From positions 640,001-704,000 of the forward strand of contig CAVWFS010000007.1 in the NCBI GenBank assembly GCA_963754315.1: a stretch of DNA of 64,000 bases. The letters are read 5' to 3'. A program made the position numbers and the translations under genes. Below the pieces are notes generated by a model that saw only the letters and a program-made list of their open reading frames with translations, had not been told where the DNA came from and made no database searches. How positions within the stretch are numbered: the first letter of the stretch is position 1; the number at the start of each line of letters is the position of its first letter. Source of the stretch: an uncultured Candidatus Rokubacteria bacterium (GTDB lineage Bacteria; Methylomirabilota; Methylomirabilia; Rokubacteriales; CSP1-6). Below, in pieces: positions 38,974 through 48,764 of the stretch.

Positions 38974-41016
38974 ATGCCGGCTAGACTAGGAGTCGACGTC
39001 GGAGGCACCTTCACCGACGTCGCCGTGTGGGACGACGAGAGCCATCGGCTTTCAGTCTTCAAGCTTGCCACGGTTCCGCACGAACCGGACGAGGGCATTC
39101 TGTCCGGCATCCTCGCGATCACAGAGCGCGAAGGCATCTCCCCCGGCCAGCTCCACTTCGTGGCTCACGGAACGACCGTGGCCACCAACGCGCTCCTGGA
39201 AGGCAAGGGCGCTCGTACGGCGCTGATCACCACGCGAGGCTTCCGCGACCTCCTGGAGATCGCCCGCCAGAAACGTCCGCATTTATACGATCTGCAGGCC
39301 GACAAGACGGCGCCCCTCGTTCCCCGCGACTTGCGCCTTGAAGTGCGCGAGCGCCTCCTGGCGGACGGCTCGGTCCTGGACAGCCTCCGCATGGAGGAGG
39401 CGGACGAGGCGCTCACCACCCTGAGCGGGGCGGATCCCGAGGCAATCGCGGTGTGCTTTCTCTATAGCTTCCTCGACCCCACTCATGAGCGGCAGGTCGC
39501 GGCACGAACCCGCGAGCGCCTGCCCGGGTGTTACGTATCCCTGTCGTCCGAGGTCTCGCCGGAATTCCGGGAGTACGAGCGTCTTGCCACCACGGTTCTC
39601 AACGCCTACCTCGGCCCCTTGATCAGCCGCTACGTCGAGCGGTTCGGAGAGAACGTCCGCCGTCTGGGAATTCCCAGGCCTCCCTACATCAACCAGTCGA
39701 ACGGTGGCATCATCTCGGTCTCGACAGCGGCCCGCCATCCGGTGCGAACGCTCCTCTCGGGCCCCAGCGCCGGCGTGATGGGCGCCGCCTGGGTTGCTCG
39801 TCAAGCGGGGTATCAGTCGCTGATCACCTTCGATATGGGCGGGACGTCCACCGATGTGGCCCGCGTCGAGGGTGGTCAGCCGATCCTGACGCGAGAGCGG
39901 ACGATCAATGGGCAGCCCGTCCGGATTCCCGCCCTGGAGATCGAGAGTGTCGGCGCGGGCGGCGGTAGCATCGCCTGGGTGGATTCGGGCGGCGCTCTCA
40001 AGGTTGGTCCCGAGAGCGCCGGCGCCAACCCGGGCCCGGCCTGCTACGGGCGCGGGAACCGACGTCCTACCGTCACGGACGCGAATATCGTGCTCGGTCG
40101 TCTCAACGCCACACACTTGCTCGATGGACGCATGCCTCTGCATGCTGACCTGGCCACCTTGGCCATCGCGGAGCTTGCCGCCCAGCTGGCTCTGTCTTCC
40201 CTCGACGCGGCGCGCGGAATTCTCTCGGTGGTCCAAGCAAACATGCTCGGGGCCATCCGGGTCGTCTCCGTGCGCAAAGGATACGATCCACGAGCCTACA
40301 CGATGGTCGCCTTCGGGGGCGCCGGCCCTCTGCACGCCGGAGCGTTGGCCCGAGATCTCGGGATCCGCCAGGTCCTGATCCCGTCCGTCCCGGGAATCGT
40401 CTGCGCGCTTGGCCTCCTCGTCGAGCCGCTGAGGCTCGATCTTGTCCGCACGCGCGTCTCTTTACTGGACGCGCTCACCGATGACGACCTGAACACGCTC
40501 TTCGGTGAGATGGAGCGCGAGGCCGATGACTGGCTCGAGCAGGAGTCGGTGCCACCGGCCCGGCGTCGCCGCCGGCGCGCCTTCGACATGCGCTATCTAG
40601 GCCAGAATTTCGAGCTCACGGTACCCGAACCGCCGGGCCCATTGGGGCACGAGGCCCTCCGATCCGCCTTTGCGCGCGAGCACGAGCGCGTCTACGGCTA
40701 CGCCGCCTCCGATGAGCCCGTGCAGGTGGTGGCCTTCCGCTTGACTGCGCTCGGCGAGGTCGACAGCGTGAGCTTCCCGATCTCACCGAAGGCTGCGCAT
40801 CCCGAGCCCGACGAGGCCTGCATCGGGCAGCGGCCCGTGTACTTCGACGAAACGGGTGGATTTGTCCCCACCGGCGTCTATCGCCGCGAACGGCTCACAT
40901 TCGGCCACCGACTCATCGGGCCCGCGGTCGTCGAGCAGATGGATTCGACCACGCTCATCCTTCCCGGCCAGCAAGCCCGCGTCGATGAGTGGGCCAACCT
41001 GCTGATCACGGTCTGA
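38974..41016 (+). CDS. Hydantoinase/oxoprolinase family, subunit A (second copy)
   Basis: GVDVGGTFTD, HGTTVATN, SGPSAG, DMGGTSTD, SAGANPGPACY. Confidence 0.93.
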   Translation: MPARLGVDVGGTFTDVAVWDDESHRLSVFKLATVPHEPDEGILSGILAITEREGISPGQLHFVAHGTTVATNALLEGKGARTALITTRGFRDLLEIARQKRPHLYDLQADKTAPLVPRDLRLEVRERLLADGSVLDSLRMEEADEALTTLSGADPEAIAVCFLYSFLDPTHERQVAARTRERLPGCYVSLSSEVSPEFREYERLATTVLNAYLGPLISRYVERFGENVRRLGIPRPPYINQSNGGIISVSTAARHPVRTLLSGPSAGVMGAAWVARQAGYQSLITFDMGGTSTDVARVEGGQPILTRERTINGQPVRIPALEIESVGAGGGSIAWVDSGGALKVGPESAGANPGPACYGRGNRRPTVTDANIVLGRLNATHLLDGRMPLHADLATLAIAELAAQLALSSLDAARGILSVVQANMLGAIRVVSVRKGYDPRAYTMVAFGGAGPLHAGALARDLGIRQVLIPSVPGIVCALGLLVEPLRLDLVRTRVSLLDALTDDDLNTLFGEMEREADDWLEQESVPPARRRRRRAFDMRYLGQNFELTVPEPPGPLGHEALRSAFAREHERVYGYAASDEPVQVVAFRLTALGEVDSVSFPISPKAAHPEPDEACIGQRPVYFDETGGFVPTGVYRRERLTFGHRLIGPAVVEQMDSTTLILPGQQARVDEWANLLITV

Positions 41017-41023
41017 AGAAGCC

Positions 41024-42649
41024 ATGGATCGGATCACGCTCGAGGTCATCGGTGCCACGCTCCTCTCGATCGCCGAGGAGATGGGCGAGGCCTTGATCAA
41101 GGCCTCGTACTCTTCGAATATCAAGGAGCGTCAGGACTGCTCGACCGCGATCTTCAACATGCGGGGGGAAGTTATCGCCCAGGCCGAGCACATCCCGATG
41201 CACCTCGGCTCGTTGATCATGATCGTCCGGGAGATCCTCGCCCGCTATCCGATGGACCGTCTCCGGGACGGCGACGTCTTCATCGGCAACGATCCCTACA
41301 CGGGCGGGAGCACGCACCTCCCCGACATCACGGTCGCCTCGCCGGTCTTCCACGAGGGAATGCCGGTTGGCTTCGTGGCCAACATCGCCCACCATGCCGA
41401 CGGCTCGGGGCGAGAAACGCGGACCATTTACGACGAGGGCCTGAGGATCCCGCCTATCCGGGTGGTAGAGAGCGGCGTGCTCCGCGAAGACCTCATGGAG
41501 CTGCTGCTCCTGAACTTCCGCCTTCCCCGCGAGCGTCGCGGCGACTTCCGGGCCCAGTTCGCCGCGAACCGCATCGGGGCGGAGCGACTGGGCGAGCTGC
41601 TCGGGCGACACGGCCGCCCCACGTGCGAGGCGGCCATGGACGAGCTGCTCGCCTACGGCGAGCGCAAGATCCGGACCGCCCTCGCCGCGATTCCCGACGG
41701 GGTTTACACCTTCGAGGACTGCATGGACGATGATGGCGCCGGCGGCGACCCCGTACCGATCGCAGTCCGGATCACCGTCGCCGGTGAAGAGATGGTGCTC
41801 GACTTCGCAGGAACTGGCAATCAGGTTGCCGGTGACATCAACGTGGTCTACCTCGCCCTCGTCGCCACCGTCTACTACGCCCTCAAGGCGCTTCTGGATC
41901 CCAGCATCCCGGCCAACGGCGGCTTCTATCGGGCCATTCGCGTGATGGCCCCGGCTGGATCGATCGTCAACGCCGACCCTCCCGCTCCCGTCGCCTGGCG
42001 CACGCAGACCTGCCAGCGCATCGCCGACGTGGTCTTCGGCGCGCTGGCCCCCGCCTTGCCCGCGCGGGTCACCGCAGCCACCAATGGCGCGAACTCCGCC
42101 TGGGTGTTCAGCGGCGTGGATCCACACAACGGCCGGTACTACGTCTACCTGGAGACGATCGGCGGCGGCTCCGGTGCGCGCGCCGCCAAGGACGGGCTCG
42201 ACGGGGTCCAGGTCCACGTCACGAACACCTCCAACCTCCCCGTGGAGTGCCTCGAGATGGAGTATCCGCTCCTGGTCGAGGAGTACAGTCTCGTGGAGGA
42301 CTCGGGGGGCCCCGGGCGCTTCCGCGGCGGCCTTGGTCTGCGCCGAACGATCCGCGTCCTGGCCGGTGAGCCGACGTTCCTCGGTACGCTCGACCGCGCA
42401 CGTGTTGCTCCCTGGGGACTCTTCGGCGGCGGCCCTGGTGGGCGCGGGGCGCTCCTCCTCCGTCGGGATGGCGCCGCGCCTCGACGACTCGGCTCTAAGG
42501 TTGCCGGGCTCCAGCTTGCTCGCGGCGACACGGTGACAATCATTACCCCCGGGGCCGGTGGCTACGGCCCACCCGCGGAGCGCGAGCCGGACCGGGTGGC
42601 ACGGGACGTGCGCGAGGGCAAGATCTCGGTCGGTCTCGCCTCCGGCTGA
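41024..42649 (+). CDS. Hydantoinase B/oxoprolinase subunit (second copy)
   Basis: SSNIKERQDCS, NDPYTGGSTHLPD, ETIGGGSGA, DSGGPGRFRGG, TPGAGGYG. Confidence 0.93.
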   Translation: MDRITLEVIGATLLSIAEEMGEALIKASYSSNIKERQDCSTAIFNMRGEVIAQAEHIPMHLGSLIMIVREILARYPMDRLRDGDVFIGNDPYTGGSTHLPDITVASPVFHEGMPVGFVANIAHHADGSGRETRTIYDEGLRIPPIRVVESGVLREDLMELLLLNFRLPRERRGDFRAQFAANRIGAERLGELLGRHGRPTCEAAMDELLAYGERKIRTALAAIPDGVYTFEDCMDDDGAGGDPVPIAVRITVAGEEMVLDFAGTGNQVAGDINVVYLALVATVYYALKALLDPSIPANGGFYRAIRVMAPAGSIVNADPPAPVAWRTQTCQRIADVVFGALAPALPARVTAATNGANSAWVFSGVDPHNGRYYVYLETIGGGSGARAAKDGLDGVQVHVTNTSNLPVECLEMEYPLLVEEYSLVEDSGGPGRFRGGLGLRRTIRVLAGEPTFLGTLDRARVAPWGLFGGGPGGRGALLLRRDGAAPRRLGSKVAGLQLARGDTVTIITPGAGGYGPPAEREPDRVARDVREGKISVGLASG

Positions 42650-42698
42650 ACCTCAGATCCCCGAGCGGGCTCGCGCCCGTGACGAGTGCCGACCCGCC

Positions 42699-42728
42699 TT
42701 GACACCTTCTGGGAAGTCCACGTAGGGT
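42699..42728 (+). promoter_or_regulatory. Sigma70 promoter, probably driving a leaderless mRNA
   Basis: TTGACA-18 nt-TAGGGT, then 6 nt to GTG 42735 with no SD sequence. Confidence 0.6.
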
Positions 42729-42734
42729 CCGGAC

Positions 42735-43613
42735 GTGACGTCAGGGGCTCAGCCGGCGATCGCCGTCCCGTCCGTGCGCGAGCGCGCGCGCTGGAGCCGC
42801 CAGGTCCGACGGGGATTCCGCAGCGCGGCCGTGATCATCGGCGTCGTCTTCGCGCTCCTCGTGGTCAGCATGGCCGCCCTCGCCGACTTCGTCGCCCCCC
42901 ATCCTCCCGATGAGCAGAACTTTGACCTCATCGAAGCACCTCCAAGCTCCCGGGCGCTTCTCGGCACCGATCGGTTCGGCCGGGACGTGCTGAGCCGCGT
43001 CATCTACGGTTCGCGCATCTCGCTCTACGTCGCCGTGGCCTCCATCGCCGCCGCCATGCTGATCGGCGGAGCCCTGGGGCTCATCGCCGGCTATGCCGGA
43101 GGCGCGTGGGACAACGCGATCAATCGAGTCATGGATGTCTTCTTCAGCATCCCCGGCCTCCTGCTGGCGGTCGGTATTGCCGCCATGCGCGGCCCCGGGG
43201 TCAACAGCGCGGTCGTCGCCATCGCCATCGTCTACACCCCGCTGTTCGTCCGCATCATGCGGGGACCCGTCCTGGCCGAGCGTGAAAAGGAGTACGTCGA
43301 GGCCGTGCGGGCGCTGGGCGCTCCGCGGTGGGTGGTGGCCGTCAAGCACGTATTGCCCAACGTGATCTCCCCGTTCGTCGTGCAAGGCACGGTCGCGTTC
43401 TCGCAGGCCATCCTGATCGAAGCGTCCCTCAGCTACCTCGGACTCTCCGCGCAGCCGCCCACCCCCTCCTGGGGCAACATGCTGAACGAGGGGCGTACCT
43501 ATCTGGAGACCGCGCCCTGGATCTCGGTGTTTCCCGGGGTTGCCATCATGGTCACGGTCCTCGCCTTCAACCTCATCGGCGACGGTCTGCGCGACGTCCT
43601 CGATGTGAGCTAG
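42735..43613 (+). CDS. Peptide/nickel ABC permease (DppC/OppC type)
   Basis: LGTDRFGRDVLSR, EYVEAVRALGA, HVLPN, P.PSWG.ML, FNLIGDGLRD. Confidence 0.92.
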   Translation: MTSGAQPAIAVPSVRERARWSRQVRRGFRSAAVIIGVVFALLVVSMAALADFVAPHPPDEQNFDLIEAPPSSRALLGTDRFGRDVLSRVIYGSRISLYVAVASIAAAMLIGGALGLIAGYAGGAWDNAINRVMDVFFSIPGLLLAVGIAAMRGPGVNSAVVAIAIVYTPLFVRIMRGPVLAEREKEYVEAVRALGAPRWVVAVKHVLPNVISPFVVQGTVAFSQAILIEASLSYLGLSAQPPTPSWGNMLNEGRTYLETAPWISVFPGVAIMVTVLAFNLIGDGLRDVLDVS

Positions 43614-43648
43614 ATGCCTGCCGTCCAGTCTGATCGAGGAGGAACGAC

Positions 43649-45214
43649 ATGATAGCCAGTGGCTTGCCGTCGCATCCCGTTCGCTTCAGCCGCCGACAGA
43701 TGCTGAGCGCAGGGAGTCTCACCCTCGGGGCTCTCGCCACCAGCCGGGTCGCCTTCGGCCAGGCGCCGAAAGCTGGCGGCACCCTGATTTCGGCCCAGAC
43801 CACCGAGGCCACCGGGCTCGACCCCCAGCTCGTCCCCGCCCTTTCGCGCAGTCGTCGCTCGCCCATGATGTACAACCAGCTCGTCCGCTTCGACCCCGAC
43901 ATGACTCCGCGGCCCGAGCTGGCCGAGTCGTGGCAGATCAGTCCTGACGGCCTCACCTGGACCTTCACGCTCCGCCAGGGGGTGAAATTTCACGACGGTC
44001 AGGAGATGACCTCGGCCGACGTGAAGTTCACCTTCGATCGCCTGTTCGAGAAATCGCCGGGCAAGTCCGACTTCATCGCGGTGGACAAGGTCGAGCCGGC
44101 AGGGCGCCACGCGGTGAAGTTCGTGACCAAGGAGCCCTTCGCGGGACTTTTGGCGGCGCTCGGCGGCTTCTGGGGCTTCATCATCAGCGAGGCGGGCATC
44201 AAGAAGCACGGAGATCTCAACAAGGCCGCCATCGGGACGGGGCCCTTCATGCTGGAGGACTGGAAGGTCGAGCAGCAGATGGTGCTCAAGCGCCATCCCG
44301 GATACTTCAAGAAGGATCTTCCCCACGTGGACGGCGTCGTTCTTCGGATCATTCCCGACGAGGCCAACATCGTTGCCGCCCTTCGCACTGGCCAGATCCA
44401 TCACGCCTTCATCGAGGACAACAAGAACTTCAACCTCCTGAAGGATGAGAAGGCCCTCACCGCCTATCGGAGCTCCCGGCTCGGCTACGACTTCCTCAAC
44501 ATCAACGCCAGTCGCGGCCCCCTCAAGGACGTCCGCGTGCGGCAGGCCATCAGCTGGACGGTAGATCGGGCCCAGGTGCTGCGGGTGGCCGCCGCTGGCT
44601 TCGGCCGTCTCACGGCGCCGGCCACGGCCCCCATGAAGCAGTGGCAGCTGCCCGAGGAGCAGTGGATGCGCTACTACAAGCCAGACCCCGATAAGGCCAA
44701 GAAGCTCCTGGCTGATGCCGGCGTGGGGAGCGGCTTCACCGTGAAGCTGCTCGTCATTCCCACCTTTCCCACCATGGTGTCGGGGGCGCCGGTGGTGGCC
44801 GCCCAGCTCAAGCGCATCGGCGTCAATGCCGAGATCGAGAACGTGGAGTACGCGGTGTGGATCAAGCGGTGGCTGGCCAAGGACTTCGACATGACCATGA
44901 ACACGACCCCTGGCTACGCGGACCCGGACACGGCGTTCTTCCGGGCGTTGCACTCAACCAAGGGGCAGAACTGGAACAGCTGGAGCGTGCCCGACCTGGA
45001 CAGTCTGCTCGAGGAGGGGCGGCGCATCATGGATCCGAAGAAGCGCAAGGACATCTACGACCGCGCCCAGATCATGATCCTCGAGAACGTGCCGCATCTC
45101 TGGCTCTACTCGGCGGAGACCATCGATTTCACCCAGACCGCCGTGAAGGGCTTCCGTCAGCACCCCACCACACTTCTCTACGGTTTCGAGGGAGTCTCGC
45201 TCGACAAGGCCTGA
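43649..45214 (+). CDS. ABC substrate-binding protein family 5, Tat-like signal
   Basis: SRRQML; P.LAESW, FTLRQGVKFHDG, GTGPF, VRQAI. Confidence 0.92.
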   Translation: MIASGLPSHPVRFSRRQMLSAGSLTLGALATSRVAFGQAPKAGGTLISAQTTEATGLDPQLVPALSRSRRSPMMYNQLVRFDPDMTPRPELAESWQISPDGLTWTFTLRQGVKFHDGQEMTSADVKFTFDRLFEKSPGKSDFIAVDKVEPAGRHAVKFVTKEPFAGLLAALGGFWGFIISEAGIKKHGDLNKAAIGTGPFMLEDWKVEQQMVLKRHPGYFKKDLPHVDGVVLRIIPDEANIVAALRTGQIHHAFIEDNKNFNLLKDEKALTAYRSSRLGYDFLNINASRGPLKDVRVRQAISWTVDRAQVLRVAAAGFGRLTAPATAPMKQWQLPEEQWMRYYKPDPDKAKKLLADAGVGSGFTVKLLVIPTFPTMVSGAPVVAAQLKRIGVNAEIENVEYAVWIKRWLAKDFDMTMNTTPGYADPDTAFFRALHSTKGQNWNSWSVPDLDSLLEEGRRIMDPKKRKDIYDRAQIMILENVPHLWLYSAETIDFTQTAVKGFRQHPTTLLYGFEGVSLDKA

Positions 45215-45228
45215 GTCTCGACGGGGCC

Positions 45229-46179
45229 ATGGGGCGCTATCTCGTCGTTCGGCTCTACTCCATGGCCCTCACCTTGCTCGGACTGACCCTGTTGATCTTT
45301 CTGATGCTGCGCTTGGTTCCAGGTACGGTGGTCGAGCAGATGATCGGTGCCGACGCGGTCGTGAGTCCCGAGATGGTCGAGCGGCTCCGCCGCTTCTTCG
45401 GCCTCGACCAGCCCTGGTACATCCAGTACGGCCGATGGCTGGGGCAGCTCGCCCAGGGAGATCTGGGGACGTCCTGGCGCACCGGAAAGCCCGTCGTCCA
45501 GCTGATCGGTGAGCGCCTCCCGGTCACGCTCGAGCTGACCGCTTGCGCGGTGGGCTTCGCGGTCGTCCTCGGCTTCACCGCCGGCATCGTGTCCGCCCTC
45601 CGACGAGACCGCGCCGTCGACAACATCACGCGGATCGCAACCCTGCTTGGCCTGTCCGTCCCCGTCTTCTGGCAGGGAACGATGCTGATTCTGTTCTTTT
45701 CCCTCTACCTGCGCTGGATGCCGCCGGTAGTGTGGGTGGACCTCTTCACCGATCCGCGACGGAATCTCACGATGATCCTCCTGCCCGCCCTGTGCCTGGG
45801 CACGGCCAGCGCCGCCAGCATCGCCCGCACCATGCGCGCCTGCATGCTCGACGTGCTTCGGTCCGAGTACATGCGCACCGCCAGAGCCAAGGGCCTCGCC
45901 GGAGGGGCAGTGGTGCTCAAGCACGCCCTCAAGAATGCCCTCATTCCGGTGGTGACGGTGGTCGGCCTCCAGGCCGGCATCCTGCTCGGCGGGACGGTGG
46001 TGGTCGAGGAGGTCTTCACGCTCCCCGGGGTCGGGCGCCTGGTGCTGTGGTCAATCTATCAGCGCGATTACCCGCTGACCCAGGGAACCATTCTGTTCGT
46101 GGCCATGCTGTTCATGGCCATCAATCTCGCGGTGGACCTGCTCTATAGCTACCTCGATCCGCGGATTCGTTACCGATGA
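45229..46179 (+). CDS. Peptide/nickel ABC permease (DppB/OppB type)
   Basis: GDLGTS, RTARAKGL, HALKNALIPVVT, RDYP, LDPRIRY. Confidence 0.92.
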   Translation: MGRYLVVRLYSMALTLLGLTLLIFLMLRLVPGTVVEQMIGADAVVSPEMVERLRRFFGLDQPWYIQYGRWLGQLAQGDLGTSWRTGKPVVQLIGERLPVTLELTACAVGFAVVLGFTAGIVSALRRDRAVDNITRIATLLGLSVPVFWQGTMLILFFSLYLRWMPPVVWVDLFTDPRRNLTMILLPALCLGTASAASIARTMRACMLDVLRSEYMRTARAKGLAGGAVVLKHALKNALIPVVTVVGLQAGILLGGTVVVEEVFTLPGVGRLVLWSIYQRDYPLTQGTILFVAMLFMAINLAVDLLYSYLDPRIRYR

Positions 46180-46232
46180 GAGCCTGACGGCCAGTCCCCG
46201 CACCGCCGTGGGGGCCACCTTCGCCACGCCGG

Positions 46233-46790
46233 CTACGACGCCGGCTTGTTGGCACGGGCCACGATCTCCTTGGCGATCTCCGAGGCAGTACGGGTGACGT
46301 CGCGCTCCGAGGCGTGCCGGGACATGACGAACTTCGCCGCGGCCACATAGGGATTCAGCTTCACCACGGCCGCACCGGGCATCTTGCTGCTCCCGTCGGC
46401 GGCTTCGAGCGTGTAGAAAGGCGCGTCGGGATTGCTTTTGATGGCGCTGACTCCAACCCACAGCTGCACTCGGTGGCGCCCGCGCCGAATCCCACGATGG
46501 CGCGCTTGAGCTGGTTCCCCTCGTCAACTTCCGTCACAACGCCACGCACCAGCCATCCATTCGCCGGGCGCGGATCGTCGCGATAGAGGCGCTGGGCGGG
46601 GAGCCCCGCCTTGTTGAGGTCGTCTACCAGGCTATCGGCCATCAATTCGACGAGGGCGTGGGCTCGGGTGACGGGATCGCCATCCTGCACACGATTCCGG
46701 ACCCGTGCCAGCAGTCCGGCGCGCGAGGATTGCGGAGGCTCAGAGCCAGCCGGGAACTCCAGGTCGTTATCGGCCGGAATTACTGGGTGT
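46233..46790 (-). pseudogene. DUF4410-like protein fragment (5' end unclear, frameshift ~46470)
   Basis: GWLVRGV.TEVDEGNQLKRAIVGFGAGATE continues in another frame as QLWV...SSKMPGAAV..NPYVAAAKFV. No start codon or signal peptide found upstream. Confidence 0.55.
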
Positions 46791-46821
46791 GGCCCTACAC
46801 GTTCTGGCGCAGCCCGGCGCC

Positions 46822-48159
46822 CTACGTGCCCCTGGTCGTCGTCTGGTGAGACATGACCGCCTCGGTCTGGCGGCGTCCGGTGCCGACTCCGGCGACTCTC
46901 GGAAGCAGCGGCACGCGGTCCTGAAGGTGCGCGATCGCGAAGAACAGCGCCAGCCAGGCGCGGGTCGTGCGGGACGGATTCCAGTAGCCCGCCAATGAGG
47001 TGACGACAGCCTTGAACAGCGGGGCTGGGGGCGAGGCTGAGAAGAACAGGTCCCGGAACCCGCGCGTGTAGAAGGCGAGCACGAAGCGTCGGAACGCGAG
47101 GTACCGTTGCCGCTGGCGGCGGTTGAATGTCGCGAACGTGCGGGCCGACAGATCCCCCACGCCGAGGCCGTGATCGATCGCGCGCGCCGCCTCGAGGCCA
47201 GACTCGAGGGCAATCGCGACCCCGGTGGAGAACACGGGATCGAGGAACGACCCGGCGTCACCGACCAGGACCCAGCGATCGCCCGCGTAGTCGCGCGCCC
47301 CGAAGGAGAAGTCCTTCTCGACCCGTACCGGCCACTCGCGGCGCGCGTCGCGCATGAGCGCGGCGACGGCCGGTGTCTCCTGGATCGCGTGCTCCAGAAG
47401 AACGTCCGAAGCCATGCGCGGCATCGCGTCGAAGGCCTTTCGCGGAAGCACCACCCCGACACTCATGAGTGTCTCCGAGATGGGAATGAGCCAGAACCAG
47501 CCGAGGTCGTAACGGGCCACGACCCTGATGTCACCCGCCCGGCGCCCCTCTCCCCGTGGGACACCAGAATAGTGGGCGAAGGTGGCGATATTCGCGAGCC
47601 GGGGTTCATCGACGCGAAGGCCGAACTTGCGCGCCAGGAGACCGAAGCGACCCGAGGCATCCACGATCGCGGCCGCCCGCGTCTCCTGCGTGCGGCCGAG
47701 GTCGTCGCAGAAGCGCACATTGACACCCGCCGGATCGAAGGTGGCCTCCAACACCCGGTGGCCCTCTCGCACGTCGGCTCCGCAGGCGGCGGCATGGCGC
47801 AAGAGAAGCGTATCGAACTCTTCGCGCGGAACCTGCCACGTCTGTGGGCTCGGGACCTCTTTGGAAACCGCGAAATCCGCGAACCGCTCGATGGAGCCGT
47901 CGGGCGTCATGAAGGTCGCCCCCCACTTGGCCGGAAACGCCTTCGCGCGCACGAGGTCGTTGGCGCCAATTTCCTCGAGCACGTCGTTCACCGAGGCGAG
48001 GAGCGATTCGCCGATGTGAAAGCGCGGAAAAGGGTCACGCTCGAACAGCACCACGCGGCGGCCTGCCCGCGCGAGACGACAGGCGGCCGTCGACCCCGCG
48101 GGGCCCCCGCCAACAACGGCCACGTCGAACTGAGGCCGGAGCTCAGCCATCTCGGTCAC
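46822..48159 (-). CDS. FAD-dependent halogenase-like oxidoreductase (tryptophan halogenase/CmlS superfamily)
   Basis: GGGPAG, FPRFHIGESL, K.GA.F, WFWLIP (WxWxIP), GDAGSFLDPVFSTG. Confidence 0.8.
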   Translation of the reverse strand: MTEMAELRPQFDVAVVGGGPAGSTAACRLARAGRRVVLFERDPFPRFHIGESLLASVNDVLEEIGANDLVRAKAFPAKWGATFMTPDGSIERFADFAVSKEVPSPQTWQVPREEFDTLLLRHAAACGADVREGHRVLEATFDPAGVNVRFCDDLGRTQETRAAAIVDASGRFGLLARKFGLRVDEPRLANIATFAHYSGVPRGEGRRAGDIRVVARYDLGWFWLIPISETLMSVGVVLPRKAFDAMPRMASDVLLEHAIQETPAVAALMRDARREWPVRVEKDFSFGARDYAGDRWVLVGDAGSFLDPVFSTGVAIALESGLEAARAIDHGLGVGDLSARTFATFNRRQRQRYLAFRRFVLAFYTRGFRDLFFSASPPAPLFKAVVTSLAGYWNPSRTTRAWLALFFAIAHLQDRVPLLPRVAGVGTGRRQTEAVMSHQTTTRGT

Positions 48160-48707
48160 TCCTGGCGCGCGGCCAGGATCACCAGGGAGACGTCCACCCG
48201 TTCCCCCAGGTACGCTCCACCGCTTTCCAGGGCAGCGTTCCAGGTTACCCCGAAGTCCCGACGGTCGACCGACGTCTCCGCCCGGAAAGCGGCGACGGTC
48301 TTGCCACTGAAGGGATGCTTCGACTGACCGAGATACCGGGTATCGAGAACGACCGGCCGGGTGACGCCGTGAATGGTGAGGTCTCCATTCACGCGCCAGC
48401 GCGTGCTATCCAGCGGCTCCACTCGCGTACTGCGAAAGGTGATGGTGGGGTGGTCCCGGCCTCCGAGCAGATCCGGGTCCATGAGCCGTCCCATGAGCCG
48501 CTCGTTGGTGACGTCCACACTGGCGACCGGGATCGAGACGTCCACCGACGCCCCTGTCGGCTGGGTTGGGTCTCCGCGCACCGTCCCCTCCAGAGCGCGA
48601 AACCCCGTCCGATATGTGGAGAAGCCCATGTAGCTCAGCGAGAACTCGACGTTCGAGTGTACGGGGTCAATGGTCCATGTGGGCGCGGGAGTATCGGTGG
48701 TCGTCAT
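48156..48707 (-). CDS. YceI-family lipid/polyisoprenoid-binding protein
   Basis: WTIDPVHS.VEF, G.LTIHGVTRPV, RRDFGVTWN; GGAGG RBS. Confidence 0.9.
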   Translation of the reverse strand: MTTTDTPAPTWTIDPVHSNVEFSLSYMGFSTYRTGFRALEGTVRGDPTQPTGASVDVSIPVASVDVTNERLMGRLMDPDLLGGRDHPTITFRSTRVEPLDSTRWRVNGDLTIHGVTRPVVLDTRYLGQSKHPFSGKTVAAFRAETSVDRRDFGVTWNAALESGGAYLGERVDVSLVILAARQE

Positions 48708-48764
48708 GATCCGTCCTCCACGTCACACAATCTTACCCCGCCACCCGCGCCAACGCCCAGCGGC

